Part shown: positions 21,179 to 30,643 of the stretch, piece by piece
Numbering within the stretch: position 1 is the first letter of the stretch
Layout: the number at the start of each line of letters is the position of its first letter
Source of the DNA: an uncultured Bacilli bacterium
Lineage (GTDB): Bacteria; Bacillota_I; Bacilli_A; RF39; UBA660
Reading direction: 5' to 3'
Length of the DNA: 64,000 bases
Assembly: GCA_947632355.1 (NCBI GenBank)
Contig: CANROY010000002.1
Span: 2,673 to 66,672 of the forward strand
The notes under the pieces: generated by a model
What the model was told of the DNA's origin: nothing
Seen by the model: the letters and a program-made list of their open reading frames with translations, nothing else
Database searches by the model: none
Program-made: the position numbers and the translations under genes

Positions 21179-21898
21179 ATGAATAAAAAAGATAAGAATA
21201 TTGAATTAAAGATTTATGAATTACTAGGAATTAAAACGTTTAGAAAAGCAGCTTTTAAATTTTTTTATGTTCTATTTATACCATTTTCTTTGGATATGAC
21301 AAAAGAAGAACGCTATCGTTTAATTTATAAAACTCCTAATAATTATATTATGAAAAAGGGAAATGGTCTTCAAGATTTACAAGATTTTAAAAAGTGCTTA
21401 TTGTTTAATGTTGGAATCCATTCATTGGCTTTGTTCGTTTGTATACCATATTTTTTAGAAATTATTAAAGGTACTGTATCATTAATGGCAACAATTATTA
21501 GTCTTTTTTTGGCTATGATAAATATATATTGTATTATGTTACAAAGATACAATTATATTAGAATTAATAATGTTATTAAAAAATTTTTACCACGTGAAGA
21601 AGCAAAGAAAGATATATTAAAAGAAGAATTAAAAAAAGAGGATTCTTTGTTAGCTGCTCATACTTATTCGATAGTAAACAAACAAAATAAAGAAAAAAGT
21701 ATTTCCTTTCAAGAGTTTCTTGATACTGCTACTTATCATGAACTTATAAAATATCGCAATTATTTATCGAATCAATTGGCTATGGGACAACAAGATTTTT
21801 CTGAATTAGAAGAAAATAGTTTTCGTGTTCCTTTTTCTAAAAATAAATCTTTAAAATTAGAATTACTACCTAATAGAAATAATGAAAGTGCTAAATGA
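21179..21898 (+). CDS. integral membrane protein, possibly CrtO-like acyltransferase family
   Basis: N-terminal IYELLGIKTFRK motif followed by TM helices, resembling glycosyl-4,4'-diaponeurosporenoate acyltransferase-like proteins (low certainty); alternative start 21164. Confidence 0.4.
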   Translation: MNKKDKNIELKIYELLGIKTFRKAAFKFFYVLFIPFSLDMTKEERYRLIYKTPNNYIMKKGNGLQDLQDFKKCLLFNVGIHSLALFVCIPYFLEIIKGTVSLMATIISLFLAMINIYCIMLQRYNYIRINNVIKKFLPREEAKKDILKEELKKEDSLLAAHTYSIVNKQNKEKSISFQEFLDTATYHELIKYRNYLSNQLAMGQQDFSELEENSFRVPFSKNKSLKLELLPNRNNESAK

Positions 21899-22018
21899 TT
21901 AGCAATAACAAAAAAATTAAAAAAATATGCTATAATACGTATAGGTGATTCTCCATGGATATCGTTAAAAAGAATTATTAAATTTTGAAATAGAAGAAAA
22001 ATGAAAGAAGGTTTTTGT

Positions 22019-22294
22019 ATGATTGATCTTCATACGCATACTTTATATTCTGATGGAAGTTCTAGTGTAGAAGAACTTTTAACGAAAGCCGAAAAACTAC
22101 ATTTAAGTTTACTTTCCATAACGGATCATGATACGATACAAGCACATTTTGAATTACAAAATCCTATAATAAGAAATCTATTTCATGGTGAAATACTATC
22201 TGGAGTTGAATTAGCAACAACTTATAAAGAAGAATATTCAAAATTGTTTATAGATGATACGGATTCAATGAAAAGAGGAAGAGTTTTAAAATAA
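22019..22294 (+). pseudogene. truncated PHP-domain phosphoesterase (N-terminal about 90 aa only)
   Basis: Starts MIDLHTHTLYSDGS...ITDHDT (PHP motifs I-II), but the ORF stops after about 92 aa whereas PHP domains are about 250 aa; no continuation in any frame downstream. Confidence 0.5.
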
Positions 22295-22304
22295 CATAAA
22301 AGAT

Positions 22305-22333
22305 TTGACTTTACCTCTTTTTTCTTATATATT
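22305..22333 (+). promoter_or_regulatory. sigma-A-type promoter of the Tad/Flp locus
   Basis: -35 TTGACT 22305-22310, 17-nt spacer, -10 TATATT 22328-22333. Confidence 0.5.
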
Positions 22334-22355
22334 TATGGTAAGAGTAGGTGGTAAG

Positions 22356-22559
22356 ATGCTACGAAATAAACATGGTCAAACGTTAGTGGAATATGTATTA
22401 ATTGTTGCTTTAATTAGTGTCATTGCTGTTGCTTTAGTAAGTTATTTTGGGGGCTATTTAAAAGATGCAATTACAAAAACTTCTTGTCCGTTAGTGGACC
22501 AAGAGTATGTTGCAGGGTCAAAACCTGGAGAGGGCATATGCCAAGAAAAAGAAACGTAA
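22356..22559 (+). CDS. flp: Flp-family type IVb pilin
   Basis: ATG 22356 with RBS AGGTGG; Flp motif KHGQTLVEYVLIVALISVIAVA (G followed by a hydrophobic stretch with E and Y); atypical C-terminal extension with two Cys. Confidence 0.7.
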   Translation: MLRNKHGQTLVEYVLIVALISVIAVALVSYFGGYLKDAITKTSCPLVDQEYVAGSKPGEGICQEKET

Positions 22560-22619
22560 ATACTTTGCACTTACGTTTTTTTATGATATAATAATTTTTG
22601 ATAATAGAGGGGTAGTGAT

Positions 22620-22973
22620 GTGATGCTAAAAAAACGCGATGGGCAGGCTTTAGTTGAGTTTGTCATCCTTTTACCCATCTTTATTTTTATGATATTTGCC
22701 ATCATTGATTTTGGAAAAATATGGTCGGTTTCCAACAACTTAGAAAGTCGTATGGATGATGTGGTTACACTGTATAAAGAAAATAGTTCTTTAGAGATAA
22801 TCGAAAACGATTTAAATCTAAAAACAGATTCTATTACGCTAGAAATTCAAGAAGAAGAAAAAACAACCAATATTTTTTTAAAAAAGGAAGTAGATATTAT
22901 AACACCGGGATTAAATTTAATCCTAAAAAATCCTTATGAAGCGAAAGTAAAAAGAGTGATTTATAATGAATAA
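22620..22973 (+). CDS. tadE: TadE-like pseudopilin or pilus assembly protein
   Basis: N-terminal RDGQALVEFVILLPIFIFMIF (TadE-like motif). Confidence 0.65.
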   Translation: MMLKKRDGQALVEFVILLPIFIFMIFAIIDFGKIWSVSNNLESRMDDVVTLYKENSSLEIIENDLNLKTDSITLEIQEEEKTTNIFLKKEVDIITPGLNLILKNPYEAKVKRVIYNE

Positions 22974-23337
22974 CAAAGGTCAAACATTAATTCTATTTGT
23001 ACTTTTATTACCCCTGTTACTTCTATTAATGGCTTTCGTTATTGATACGGGAATGATTCTAAAAGAAAAAACAAAACTCGATAGTACATTAAGAACGGTT
23101 TTAAAAACAACGTATAAGGATAAAGAAGAAGAAAATTATGAAGAACGTTTAACAAAGTTACTAGAAGAAAATGAAATACCTTGTACCAATATGGAATTGG
23201 AACGGAAAGAAAATAAAATACGTTTACAAATTACGTATGAAAAAGAAAGTATTTTTGGAAAAATCATTGGTCTAAACACGTATAAAATAAAAAGTACAAT
23301 GAGTATCAATCAAGATGAAAGAATAGTAAAAGAATAG
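22966..23337 (+). CDS. TadE/TadF-like pseudopilin
   Basis: N-terminal KGQTLILFVLLLPLLLLLMAFVIDTG; start overlaps the previous stop. Confidence 0.55.
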   Translation: MNNKGQTLILFVLLLPLLLLLMAFVIDTGMILKEKTKLDSTLRTVLKTTYKDKEEENYEERLTKLLEENEIPCTNMELERKENKIRLQITYEKESIFGKIIGLNTYKIKSTMSINQDERIVKE

Positions 23338-23348
23338 AGGGATTTGTT

Positions 23349-24152
23349 ATGTCAAAGACAAAAGGAAAATCAATATGCATCTTTTCTTCTAAAGGTGGAG
23401 TTGGAAAAACCATTACCACCATTAATTTAGCAGGTATATTTGAACATTTAGAAAAGAAAGTCTTACTAATTGATTTAGATTTATCTAGTGGTGGTATTAG
23501 TATGGCTTTAAATCGTCCTTTTGAAAAAACAATCTTTAATTTTGTTGATGATGTCAATAACAATCGTTATGAAGAATTTAAAAATTATACAACCAAGTAT
23601 GATGATTTTATTGATATTTTACCTTGTCCTAAAGACCCTCGCCAATGTAATAAGATTGATTCTAAATATATTGATATTTTAATTGATAAAGCCGAATCCA
23701 ACTACGATGTCGTTTTAATTGATACGCATCATGTTTTAAGTGAAATCAATATTGTAACGCTTGATAAAGTAGATACGATTCTATTTGTTTTATCAAATGA
23801 TCCACTCGATTTAAAAAATATGAAATCCTTAATGAGTATTTTTAAAGATTCTGATATTACAAACTATAAGATACTTCTTAATAATAGTCGTGATCCTTAT
23901 AAAGATTATTTTTCTATCTTTGATATTAAAAGCATTATAAAAGCCAATATTGATTATACACTATCTTCTAATTTTTATATTAAAAATATGGATGATTATG
24001 TGATGAATGGTGAAATTATTACGTTACAAAATAAAATGGCTTCTACGTTTAATAAAGACTATGAAACGTTTATGACGATTGCCCTAGATTTATTAGAAAA
24101 AGATAAAGATAAAGTACAAAAGGAAGAGGGGGAAACAAATGAGCAAGACTAG
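23349..24152 (+). CDS. tadZ: TadZ/CpaE-like ParA/MinD-family ATPase (pilus assembly)
   Basis: Deviant Walker A SSKGGVGKTITTINLA; LLIDLDL; 267 aa. Confidence 0.75.
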   Translation: MSKTKGKSICIFSSKGGVGKTITTINLAGIFEHLEKKVLLIDLDLSSGGISMALNRPFEKTIFNFVDDVNNNRYEEFKNYTTKYDDFIDILPCPKDPRQCNKIDSKYIDILIDKAESNYDVVLIDTHHVLSEINIVTLDKVDTILFVLSNDPLDLKNMKSLMSIFKDSDITNYKILLNNSRDPYKDYFSIFDIKSIIKANIDYTLSSNFYIKNMDDYVMNGEIITLQNKMASTFNKDYETFMTIALDLLEKDKDKVQKEEGETNEQD

Positions 24153-25470
24153 TTTAATTGATGCTTTTAACATTGAAAGAAAAGCCCCAAAAATGGGAAG
24201 TATTTCGGATTATGAAATATTTCCAGATAAAAAGTTACTTGATGATTTAAGAACAACCATTGTTGAAAATTTAATCGATAAAGAAATTCCAGAAGATAAA
24301 GTATTAAATGAATTTATCAATGAAGAAATTGAAAATGCCATTGAAGGACATGACTTAACGAACTTAGAAAGAAGTCATTTGTTCAACTTAATTGATAATG
24401 AAATTAATGGCTATGGGCCTTTAACAGAAGTATTAGAAGATAAAAATATTACCGAGATTATGGTGAATAGTCCAAACGAAATCTATATTGAAATCGATGG
24501 ACGTCTAATAAAGGATGAAAGTATCTCATTCATTAATGATGAACACATTGTAAGAACGATTGAACGTTTAATCGAACCTCTTGGAAGAACGATTGATGCT
24601 GCAAATCCAATGGTGGATTCAAGATTACTAGATGGATCTCGTATTAATGCGGTGATACCTCCTTTATCGACAAAAGGACCTGTGATTACGATTCGTAAGT
24701 TTAAAGAAACGATGCAAAGTATAGAAGATTTAATTCGTATTGGTTCGTTAACACCGTATATGGCTCGTTTTTTAGAAGCCTCTGTTAAAAGTAAACTAAA
24801 CATTATTGTTTGCGGAGGTACTGGTAGTGGTAAAACAACCCTTTTGAATATTTTAAGTGGTTTTATTCGTCCAGAAGAACGTATTATTACGATTGAGGAT
24901 GCAGCAGAATTAAGGCTTCATCAAAAACACGTTATTTCTCTAGAAACAAGAGTTACAAATTACGATAAAGACGGAGAAATTACCATACGAGATTTAGTTA
25001 GAAATTCTCTTCGTATGCGACCTGACCGCATTATTGTAGGTGAAGTTCGTGGGAAAGAAGCCTTCGATATGCTACAAGCCATGAATACTGGACATGATGG
25101 GTCTTTAACTACGTTACATGCAAATGGCCCTATTGATGCTTTAAATCGTTTGGAAACCATGGTTTTAATGAGTGGTTTAGATATCCCTATTAAAGCTATT
25201 CGTGAATATATCACAAGTGCTATTGATATTGTTGTCAATATCGATCGAATGAATGACGGAAAAAGAAAAATAACATCCATTTGTGAAATTGAAGGTTTTG
25301 AAGAAGACCGTATTAAACTAAAAGAAATCTTTAGTTTTAAACAAATTGGACTTACCGAAAGTGGAGAAGTCGATGGAGAATTTATTCTTCATAACTTTAT
25401 ACCAAAAGTCTATAAGAAAATGACTTCTCGTGGTATTTACGATTTAGAGGATATTTTTAGTAAAAAATAA
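24139..25470 (+). CDS. tadA: TadA/CpaF secretion ATPase (T2SS/T4P E-type)
   Basis: Walker A GGTGSGKTT; Asp and His boxes (RIITIEDAAEL, TGHDGSLTTLHAN); 443 aa. Confidence 0.9.
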   Translation: MSKTSLIDAFNIERKAPKMGSISDYEIFPDKKLLDDLRTTIVENLIDKEIPEDKVLNEFINEEIENAIEGHDLTNLERSHLFNLIDNEINGYGPLTEVLEDKNITEIMVNSPNEIYIEIDGRLIKDESISFINDEHIVRTIERLIEPLGRTIDAANPMVDSRLLDGSRINAVIPPLSTKGPVITIRKFKETMQSIEDLIRIGSLTPYMARFLEASVKSKLNIIVCGGTGSGKTTLLNILSGFIRPEERIITIEDAAELRLHQKHVISLETRVTNYDKDGEITIRDLVRNSLRMRPDRIIVGEVRGKEAFDMLQAMNTGHDGSLTTLHANGPIDALNRLETMVLMSGLDIPIKAIREYITSAIDIVVNIDRMNDGKRKITSICEIEGFEEDRIKLKEIFSFKQIGLTESGEVDGEFILHNFIPKVYKKMTSRGIYDLEDIFSKK

Positions 25471-25490
25471 AAAAGAAAGGAAAGAAGTTT

Positions 25491-26498
25491 ATGAAAAGTA
25501 TGACCCTACCAATTCTATTACTTTTAGTAGCTGCACTAGTTGGTGCCATCCTTTTGGTTGTGCTTATTTATAATGCCTTACAAAACGCTCGTTTAGAAAA
25601 ACGTTTTGAAGATTTTAGTATGCATGCAAGTAATGATGAATTTCTTTCCTTTTTAGATACTATTATAGATGGAATTTCTATTTTTATTACGAAATTTAGT
25701 CATATTTTGATGAAATTTGGTTTTTTAAGGAAATATGCCAATCACTATTTAAAGTACATTAGTTATGAAGAAAAAGAAGATAAAGAACCAATGGAATATA
25801 TAGCAGTGAAGTTGTTTGTTGGTGCTATTTTTCTATTCTTAAGTTTAATAACGTCTTTTCTAAAAACAAAAACGCTTTCTCCCGTTTCTAGTCTTCTTAG
25901 TTTTCTAATTGGATTTTTCCTATACGATTTTGTGTTATGGATGCAATTTCAAAAGAAAAGAAGAAATATTGAAAATGATTTAGTAAAAGCGATTATGATT
26001 ATGAATAATAGTTTTAAATCCGGTAAGAATATTATGCAAGCCATTGTGACGGTCAAAAATGAACTAGATGGACCTATTTCTTTAGAATTTAAAAAAATCT
26101 ATATGGATATGACCTATGGGCTTAGTTTGGATGTTGTTTTTAATCGTTTTTATGAACGAGTAAAACTAGAAGATGCCAAATACATTGCTTCTTCCTTAAC
26201 TTTACTAGATAAAACAGGGGGAAATATTATTAAAGTGTTTGAAACAATCGAAAAATCTTTTTATAGCAAGAAAAGAATGCGTGATGAGTTAAAAAGTATG
26301 ACAGCAGCCAGTGTGTTTGTCTATCGTGTTTTAGTTGTGTTACCACTTCTATTTACAACGTTTATTTTTATCGTAAATCCCAACTATTTTGCACCGTTTT
26401 TTAACTCTTTTATCGGTTTAGTAGTCTTTAGTTTTATACTCATTCTATATTTTTGCTATATTGGCATTATTAGGAAGATATTAGAGGTGAAGATGTAA
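25491..26498 (+). CDS. tadB: TadB-like inner-membrane platform protein (T2SS-F domain)
   Basis: 335 aa, multi-TM with a central cytoplasmic T2SSF-like domain. Confidence 0.7.
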   Translation: MKSMTLPILLLLVAALVGAILLVVLIYNALQNARLEKRFEDFSMHASNDEFLSFLDTIIDGISIFITKFSHILMKFGFLRKYANHYLKYISYEEKEDKEPMEYIAVKLFVGAIFLFLSLITSFLKTKTLSPVSSLLSFLIGFFLYDFVLWMQFQKKRRNIENDLVKAIMIMNNSFKSGKNIMQAIVTVKNELDGPISLEFKKIYMDMTYGLSLDVVFNRFYERVKLEDAKYIASSLTLLDKTGGNIIKVFETIEKSFYSKKRMRDELKSMTAASVFVYRVLVVLPLLFTTFIFIVNPNYFAPFFNSFIGLVVFSFILILYFCYIGIIRKILEVKM

Positions 26499-27199
26499 TG
26501 AAAAAACATACAATTGCCCATCATATCTATCCTAAAAAAACGATAGAAAGAATTAACCAAAAAATAACGTATTTAGGACCATTTAATACGCTTGATACGT
26601 ATACGTTCCTACATTTTCGCTTGATTGTTTCTGTACTTATCTTTGTTCTTTTCTTAATCTTTAGTAAACACGGAGCCATTCTAGCACCAATCCTTGTTGT
26701 CGTTTTCTACTATGGAAGTGAAAAAATACTACTTGATGAACGCATTTTAAAACGTACAAAAAAACTAGAAGAAGAAGCCATATTCTTTTTTGAAATCTTA
26801 AGTCTTACTTTAGAAACAAATCCTTATTTAAAAGGAGCACTTGAATTGACAACAAAAAATATTGATAGTGAGTTATCGATAGAATTTCAAAAAACACTTT
26901 CTGATGTTTCGTTAGGAAAAAGTTTTTCGGAAAGTTTAGTTTTAATGAAAGAACGTATTCCAAGTGATGCCATTAATACGATTCTCTTAAACTTAACAGA
27001 ATCTAGTATTTTTGGAAACAATATCGTTGAGAGTTTAAAGAATCAACTTGAGTATTTACGTGATAAAAAACTTCTAGAAATTAAGGGAGAAATCGCCAAG
27101 TTACCGATGAAAATGAGTATTTTATCTGTACTATTCTTTATTCCAATTATGCTCCTGATCATTCTAGCACCTGTTTTACTTGATTTTTTCCTAAAATAA
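26498..27199 (+). CDS. tadC: TadC-like inner-membrane platform protein (T2SS-F domain)
   Basis: 233 aa, TM helices flanking a T2SSF-like helical domain; ATG overlaps the tadB stop. Confidence 0.65.
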   Translation: MKKHTIAHHIYPKKTIERINQKITYLGPFNTLDTYTFLHFRLIVSVLIFVLFLIFSKHGAILAPILVVVFYYGSEKILLDERILKRTKKLEEEAIFFFEILSLTLETNPYLKGALELTTKNIDSELSIEFQKTLSDVSLGKSFSESLVLMKERIPSDAINTILLNLTESSIFGNNIVESLKNQLEYLRDKKLLEIKGEIAKLPMKMSILSVLFFIPIMLLIILAPVLLDFFLK

Positions 27200-27219
27200 C
27201 ACTTGAATTAAAGCAAATT

Positions 27220-27242
27220 TACTAGTTTTACTAGTATTTTTT
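27220..27242 (+). terminator. intrinsic terminator after tadC
   Basis: Perfect 7-bp hairpin TACTAGT-TTT-ACTAGTA followed by TTTTTT. Confidence 0.6.
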
Positions 27243-27247
27243 CTTGT

Positions 27248-27277
27248 TTGACATTTATGTTAAGGGAGGGGTATAAT
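27248..27277 (+). promoter_or_regulatory. sigma-A-type promoter of the lipoprotein gene
   Basis: -35 TTGACA 27248-27253, 18-nt spacer, -10 TATAAT 27272-27277. Confidence 0.5.
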
Positions 27278-27302
27278 TGGGTTAGAAAAGAGGAAAAGAA
27301 GA

Positions 27303-28322
27303 ATGAAAAAGAAAATGCATCATTTATTATTAATGGGAATAATGGTATTGGGTTTAACTGGTTGTGGAAAAATAGAATTAAAAAATGATTGGGCCAAAAA
27401 ATATGAAGAATTTTTAAAAGCTGAAATTATTGACCAAGATATAGAAAAGGGCTTACATTCCTTTTTATACAAATATGAAAGCTATGCTATTTCTTTTATT
27501 CAATTAGATGATTTTAAGAACCCTGTTCTTATCATAAAAAACGAAAATAGATTAGAAAGTACGGAAAACGATTCTTGTGTCTATAATATGGCTTACTATT
27601 ATATAGATAACGATAATAAAGTAAATTCCCAAGCAACTTGTAGTGACAAAACCGAATTAAAACTATTGTATGATATAGAAGACAATACGTATAAATATGC
27701 CTTATATTATATAGATGAGGATTCAGAAGAACCTGTTTCTTTACTCTTTATAAGTGATAATAAAGAAAGTGAAGAAGATGTTGATTTAGAGAAATATAAT
27801 AATGAAGAATATAGTGAAAAATTTATAGAAATGGATTTACAATTAGAAGAACAATCTTTTAATAATAAAATAACAGAAAAAGAGTTATTAAAAACAGTAC
27901 AAAATTTAACAGAAACGAAACCAATGAATACCGTAACAGAAGAAAGTAAAACGGAAATTCAAAACAAGTTGGATGAAAAGAAAAAGGCTGAAGAAGAACA
28001 AAAACAAAAAGAGGAAGAAGAAAAACGAAATAAAGGAATTCAAGCTGGAAAGTATACATTAAAATATGGTCGATATAAAAATAGTTTTGTTGATATTACT
28101 TTAAATACAGATAATACTTGTAGTTTTAAAGATACTGATTATAAGATAGATACGACAAATTGTACGTTTGAAATAAAAAAATATTCTGGTATGGAATTTG
28201 GAGAATATGTCTCAGGTTATCATATTATTTTCCATCTAAAAGGACAAAGTGATAAGTATTTTTCCGTTGTTAAAAATAATAGTTTTGCTGATACGAGATC
28301 GGATGTAACGTATCAAGGATAG
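27303..28322 (+). CDS. lipoprotein with an acidic/K-rich coiled-coil linker, adjacent to the Tad locus
   Basis: Signal peptide plus lipobox MGIMVLGLTGCGK; 339 aa. Confidence 0.65.
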   Translation: MKKKMHHLLLMGIMVLGLTGCGKIELKNDWAKKYEEFLKAEIIDQDIEKGLHSFLYKYESYAISFIQLDDFKNPVLIIKNENRLESTENDSCVYNMAYYYIDNDNKVNSQATCSDKTELKLLYDIEDNTYKYALYYIDEDSEEPVSLLFISDNKESEEDVDLEKYNNEEYSEKFIEMDLQLEEQSFNNKITEKELLKTVQNLTETKPMNTVTEESKTEIQNKLDEKKKAEEEQKQKEEEEKRNKGIQAGKYTLKYGRYKNSFVDITLNTDNTCSFKDTDYKIDTTNCTFEIKKYSGMEFGEYVSGYHIIFHLKGQSDKYFSVVKNNSFADTRSDVTYQG

Positions 28323-28338
28323 TAAAAGTATCGTGGTA

Positions 28339-28373
28339 AGGATTGATTTTACATCAGTCCTTTTTGTTTTTTT
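28339..28373 (+). terminator. intrinsic terminator
   Basis: AGGATTGAT-loop-ATCAGTCCT hairpin followed by a long T-run. Confidence 0.55.
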
Positions 28374-28385
28374 CAACGATTTTAC

Positions 28386-28414
28386 TTGCATTTTTTAGTA
28401 ATTATGCCTATAAT
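28386..28414 (+). promoter_or_regulatory. sigma-A-type promoter of the sigma factor gene
   Basis: -35 TTGCAT 28386-28391, 17-nt spacer, -10 TATAAT 28409-28414; RBS GAGGGGA. Confidence 0.55.
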
Positions 28415-28437
28415 AAATCCTCGAGCGAGGGGATACT

Positions 28438-30570
28438 ATGTTAAGTGAGGAACAACTAAAATATAAAAATAAATATAAATTTGCAAATATACCTGATGCT
28501 TTATTTGTAACCCTTTTTAATAAAGCCAAAGAATCCGAAAATTTTCAAACAACATTACAACAATATATCTATAATTACTTACATGAAAATATGAATCTTG
28601 AGGTTATGCAAAATTATATTGATCATATGAATATCAATCCAAAATTAAACAGTCAAACCTTAATAGAAAAGATAAGTTCTTTTTTTGCGTTTTTAAGAAA
28701 ATTAGATTATACATTAACCGATGCAGAAGTACAAGGTTTATTAGAACTAGATATCTTTCAAAAAATTTTAGATAGCTTTGTTAAAAATACAAAAAATATA
28801 ACAGAAAAAAATCTAGAAAATATTCATCATAATGATCAAAATTTTAAGCGTATTTGTGATCTTTACGCGGAAGAAAATTCCTTATTTGAACCAAATGAAG
28901 AAGCCCTAAAAGAAATTGAAGAAGAGGAAGAAGACTTAAATAACGAATTTGAACAAATGGAAAAGGAATATGAGAATAGTAGTAGTTTAGATCCAGTTCA
29001 TTTATATATAAAAGATATTATCCAATATCCAGTCCTTACAGCGGAAGAAGAAATAGAGCTTAGTAAGCGTATAGAAGCCGGAGATGAAACGGCCAAAAAT
29101 ATTTTAGCAAAATCCAACTTACGTTTAGTGGTAAATGTTGCAAAACGTTATGTAGGAAGAGGCTTTTCATTCTTAGATTTAATTCAAGAAGGAAATCTTG
29201 GCCTTATGAAAGCCGTCGATAAATTTGATTATAAGATGGGATTTAAATTTAGTAGTTATGCTCCTTGGTGGATTCGTCAAACCATTACGCGTGCTTTAGC
29301 AAATCAAACAAGAACAATATATATTCCCGTTTATCTAGTGGAAAGAAGAAACAAAATTAATAGAGCATATAAAAAAATATGGACAGAATCTGGAAAAGAA
29401 CCAACAATAAAAGAATTGGCAGAGTATTTAAATATGTCTGAAAAGGAAGTACAATATTGTTTAGAGAATAGTCAAGATTTGATTTCATTAGAAACACCGA
29501 TTGGTGAAGATGAAGATTTTGTACTTTCCGATTATATTGCAGATGATAAATTTATAACTCCCGAAGAAAATGCTCAAAATAAGGATTTAAGAGCTATTTT
29601 TGAAAATATATTTTCAACTTTACCTGAAAGAGAAGTTTTAATTTTAAAATTACGTTTTGGGTGGGATGATGGAGAGACAAAAACATTAGAAGAAGTTAGT
29701 AAAAATTTCAATGTTACTCGTGAAAGAATACGCCAACTTGAAGCAAAAGTCTTACGTAAAATAGGGCAACCTAACTATAGATATTTATTTGAAGATTATT
29801 ATCATGAAACAAGTAAAGAAAATGATTTAATGGTTCAACAAATGATGAAACCAACAAGTACTTTTAATTCTTCGCTTGCAGCAAATACAATAAAAAATCG
29901 TTTATTTGAAGTTCAAAGAAGATACCCAAATATTTCTTTTGGTAAATGGATTGATTTAATAGAAAAACTTTCCTATCGCCAAAAAAGTGCACTTTATTTA
30001 TGCTATGGGTACCAATTAAATGAATATAATTTTAAAACCGTTGCTAAAAGTACGCCCAATTTTTATCAAATGCATAAAAGTGCATTAACAAATTTGATTC
30101 GTTTAGCAAATAATTATCAAAATTCTTTAAATAAAAATCAAGTAGTATTAAAGAAACAAGAATACCTTGTTCTTAAATTATATTATAGTACGGATAAAAA
30201 TCAAGATGTAGTGATAAAAAAACTTGCCCAAAAACTAAATATTTCGGAAAATGAAGTAGAAATAATAAGAAAAAGTGCTTTAAAGAAATTAAATAAAGAT
30301 TTATCCATTTGGTTTCAATGGGACTCTGACGTTCAAAGCTTATTAACAATTATGAATAAAGTAAAATTAAATTTAATACAAGCAAAACTTTATAAAGTTT
30401 TGCATTCTAAATATCAAGATAGTATTTCGGATGCTGCTTTAGTAAATTTAATTCAAGAAATAGTCGTTGATCCATCAATAACACTAGAAAAGTATTTAGA
30501 AACAGTTGAAAATCAAATCAGACAAACAAACCTAAATGTAGAGAAAAAAATACTTTTAAAAAATGAATAA
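28438..30570 (+). CDS. sigA: sigma-70 family (RpoD/SigA-like) RNA polymerase sigma factor with a long N-terminus and an unusual C-terminal extension of about 260 aa
   Basis: Region 1.2 DPVHLYIKDIIQYPVLTAEEEIELSKRIEAGDE; region 2 NLRLVVNVAKRY, LIQEGNLGLMKAVDKFD, YAPWWIRQTITRAL; region 4.2 VTRERIRQLEAKVLRKI; 710 aa in total. Confidence 0.85.
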   Translation: MLSEEQLKYKNKYKFANIPDALFVTLFNKAKESENFQTTLQQYIYNYLHENMNLEVMQNYIDHMNINPKLNSQTLIEKISSFFAFLRKLDYTLTDAEVQGLLELDIFQKILDSFVKNTKNITEKNLENIHHNDQNFKRICDLYAEENSLFEPNEEALKEIEEEEEDLNNEFEQMEKEYENSSSLDPVHLYIKDIIQYPVLTAEEEIELSKRIEAGDETAKNILAKSNLRLVVNVAKRYVGRGFSFLDLIQEGNLGLMKAVDKFDYKMGFKFSSYAPWWIRQTITRALANQTRTIYIPVYLVERRNKINRAYKKIWTESGKEPTIKELAEYLNMSEKEVQYCLENSQDLISLETPIGEDEDFVLSDYIADDKFITPEENAQNKDLRAIFENIFSTLPEREVLILKLRFGWDDGETKTLEEVSKNFNVTRERIRQLEAKVLRKIGQPNYRYLFEDYYHETSKENDLMVQQMMKPTSTFNSSLAANTIKNRLFEVQRRYPNISFGKWIDLIEKLSYRQKSALYLCYGYQLNEYNFKTVAKSTPNFYQMHKSALTNLIRLANNYQNSLNKNQVVLKKQEYLVLKLYYSTDKNQDVVIKKLAQKLNISENEVEIIRKSALKKLNKDLSIWFQWDSDVQSLLTIMNKVKLNLIQAKLYKVLHSKYQDSISDAALVNLIQEIVVDPSITLEKYLETVENQIRQTNLNVEKKILLKNE

Positions 30571-30597
30571 GGCTTACATTTTTGTAGGCTTTTTTTC
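30571..30597 (+). terminator. intrinsic terminator
   Basis: GGCTTACA-TTTT-TGTAGGCT hairpin (with G-U pairs) followed by TTTTTTT. Confidence 0.55.
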
Positions 30598-30643
30598 TTG
30601 TTTGTAGTACGCTTGTATGCTAAAATATTTTTAGGTGGTTAGA

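Noticed and set aside
22305-22355. ORF-track start (TTG at 22305) for the Flp pilin
   Set aside because: It coincides with the -35 hexamer; ATG 22356 with RBS AGGTGG gives the canonical Flp leader (MLRNKHGQTLVEY).
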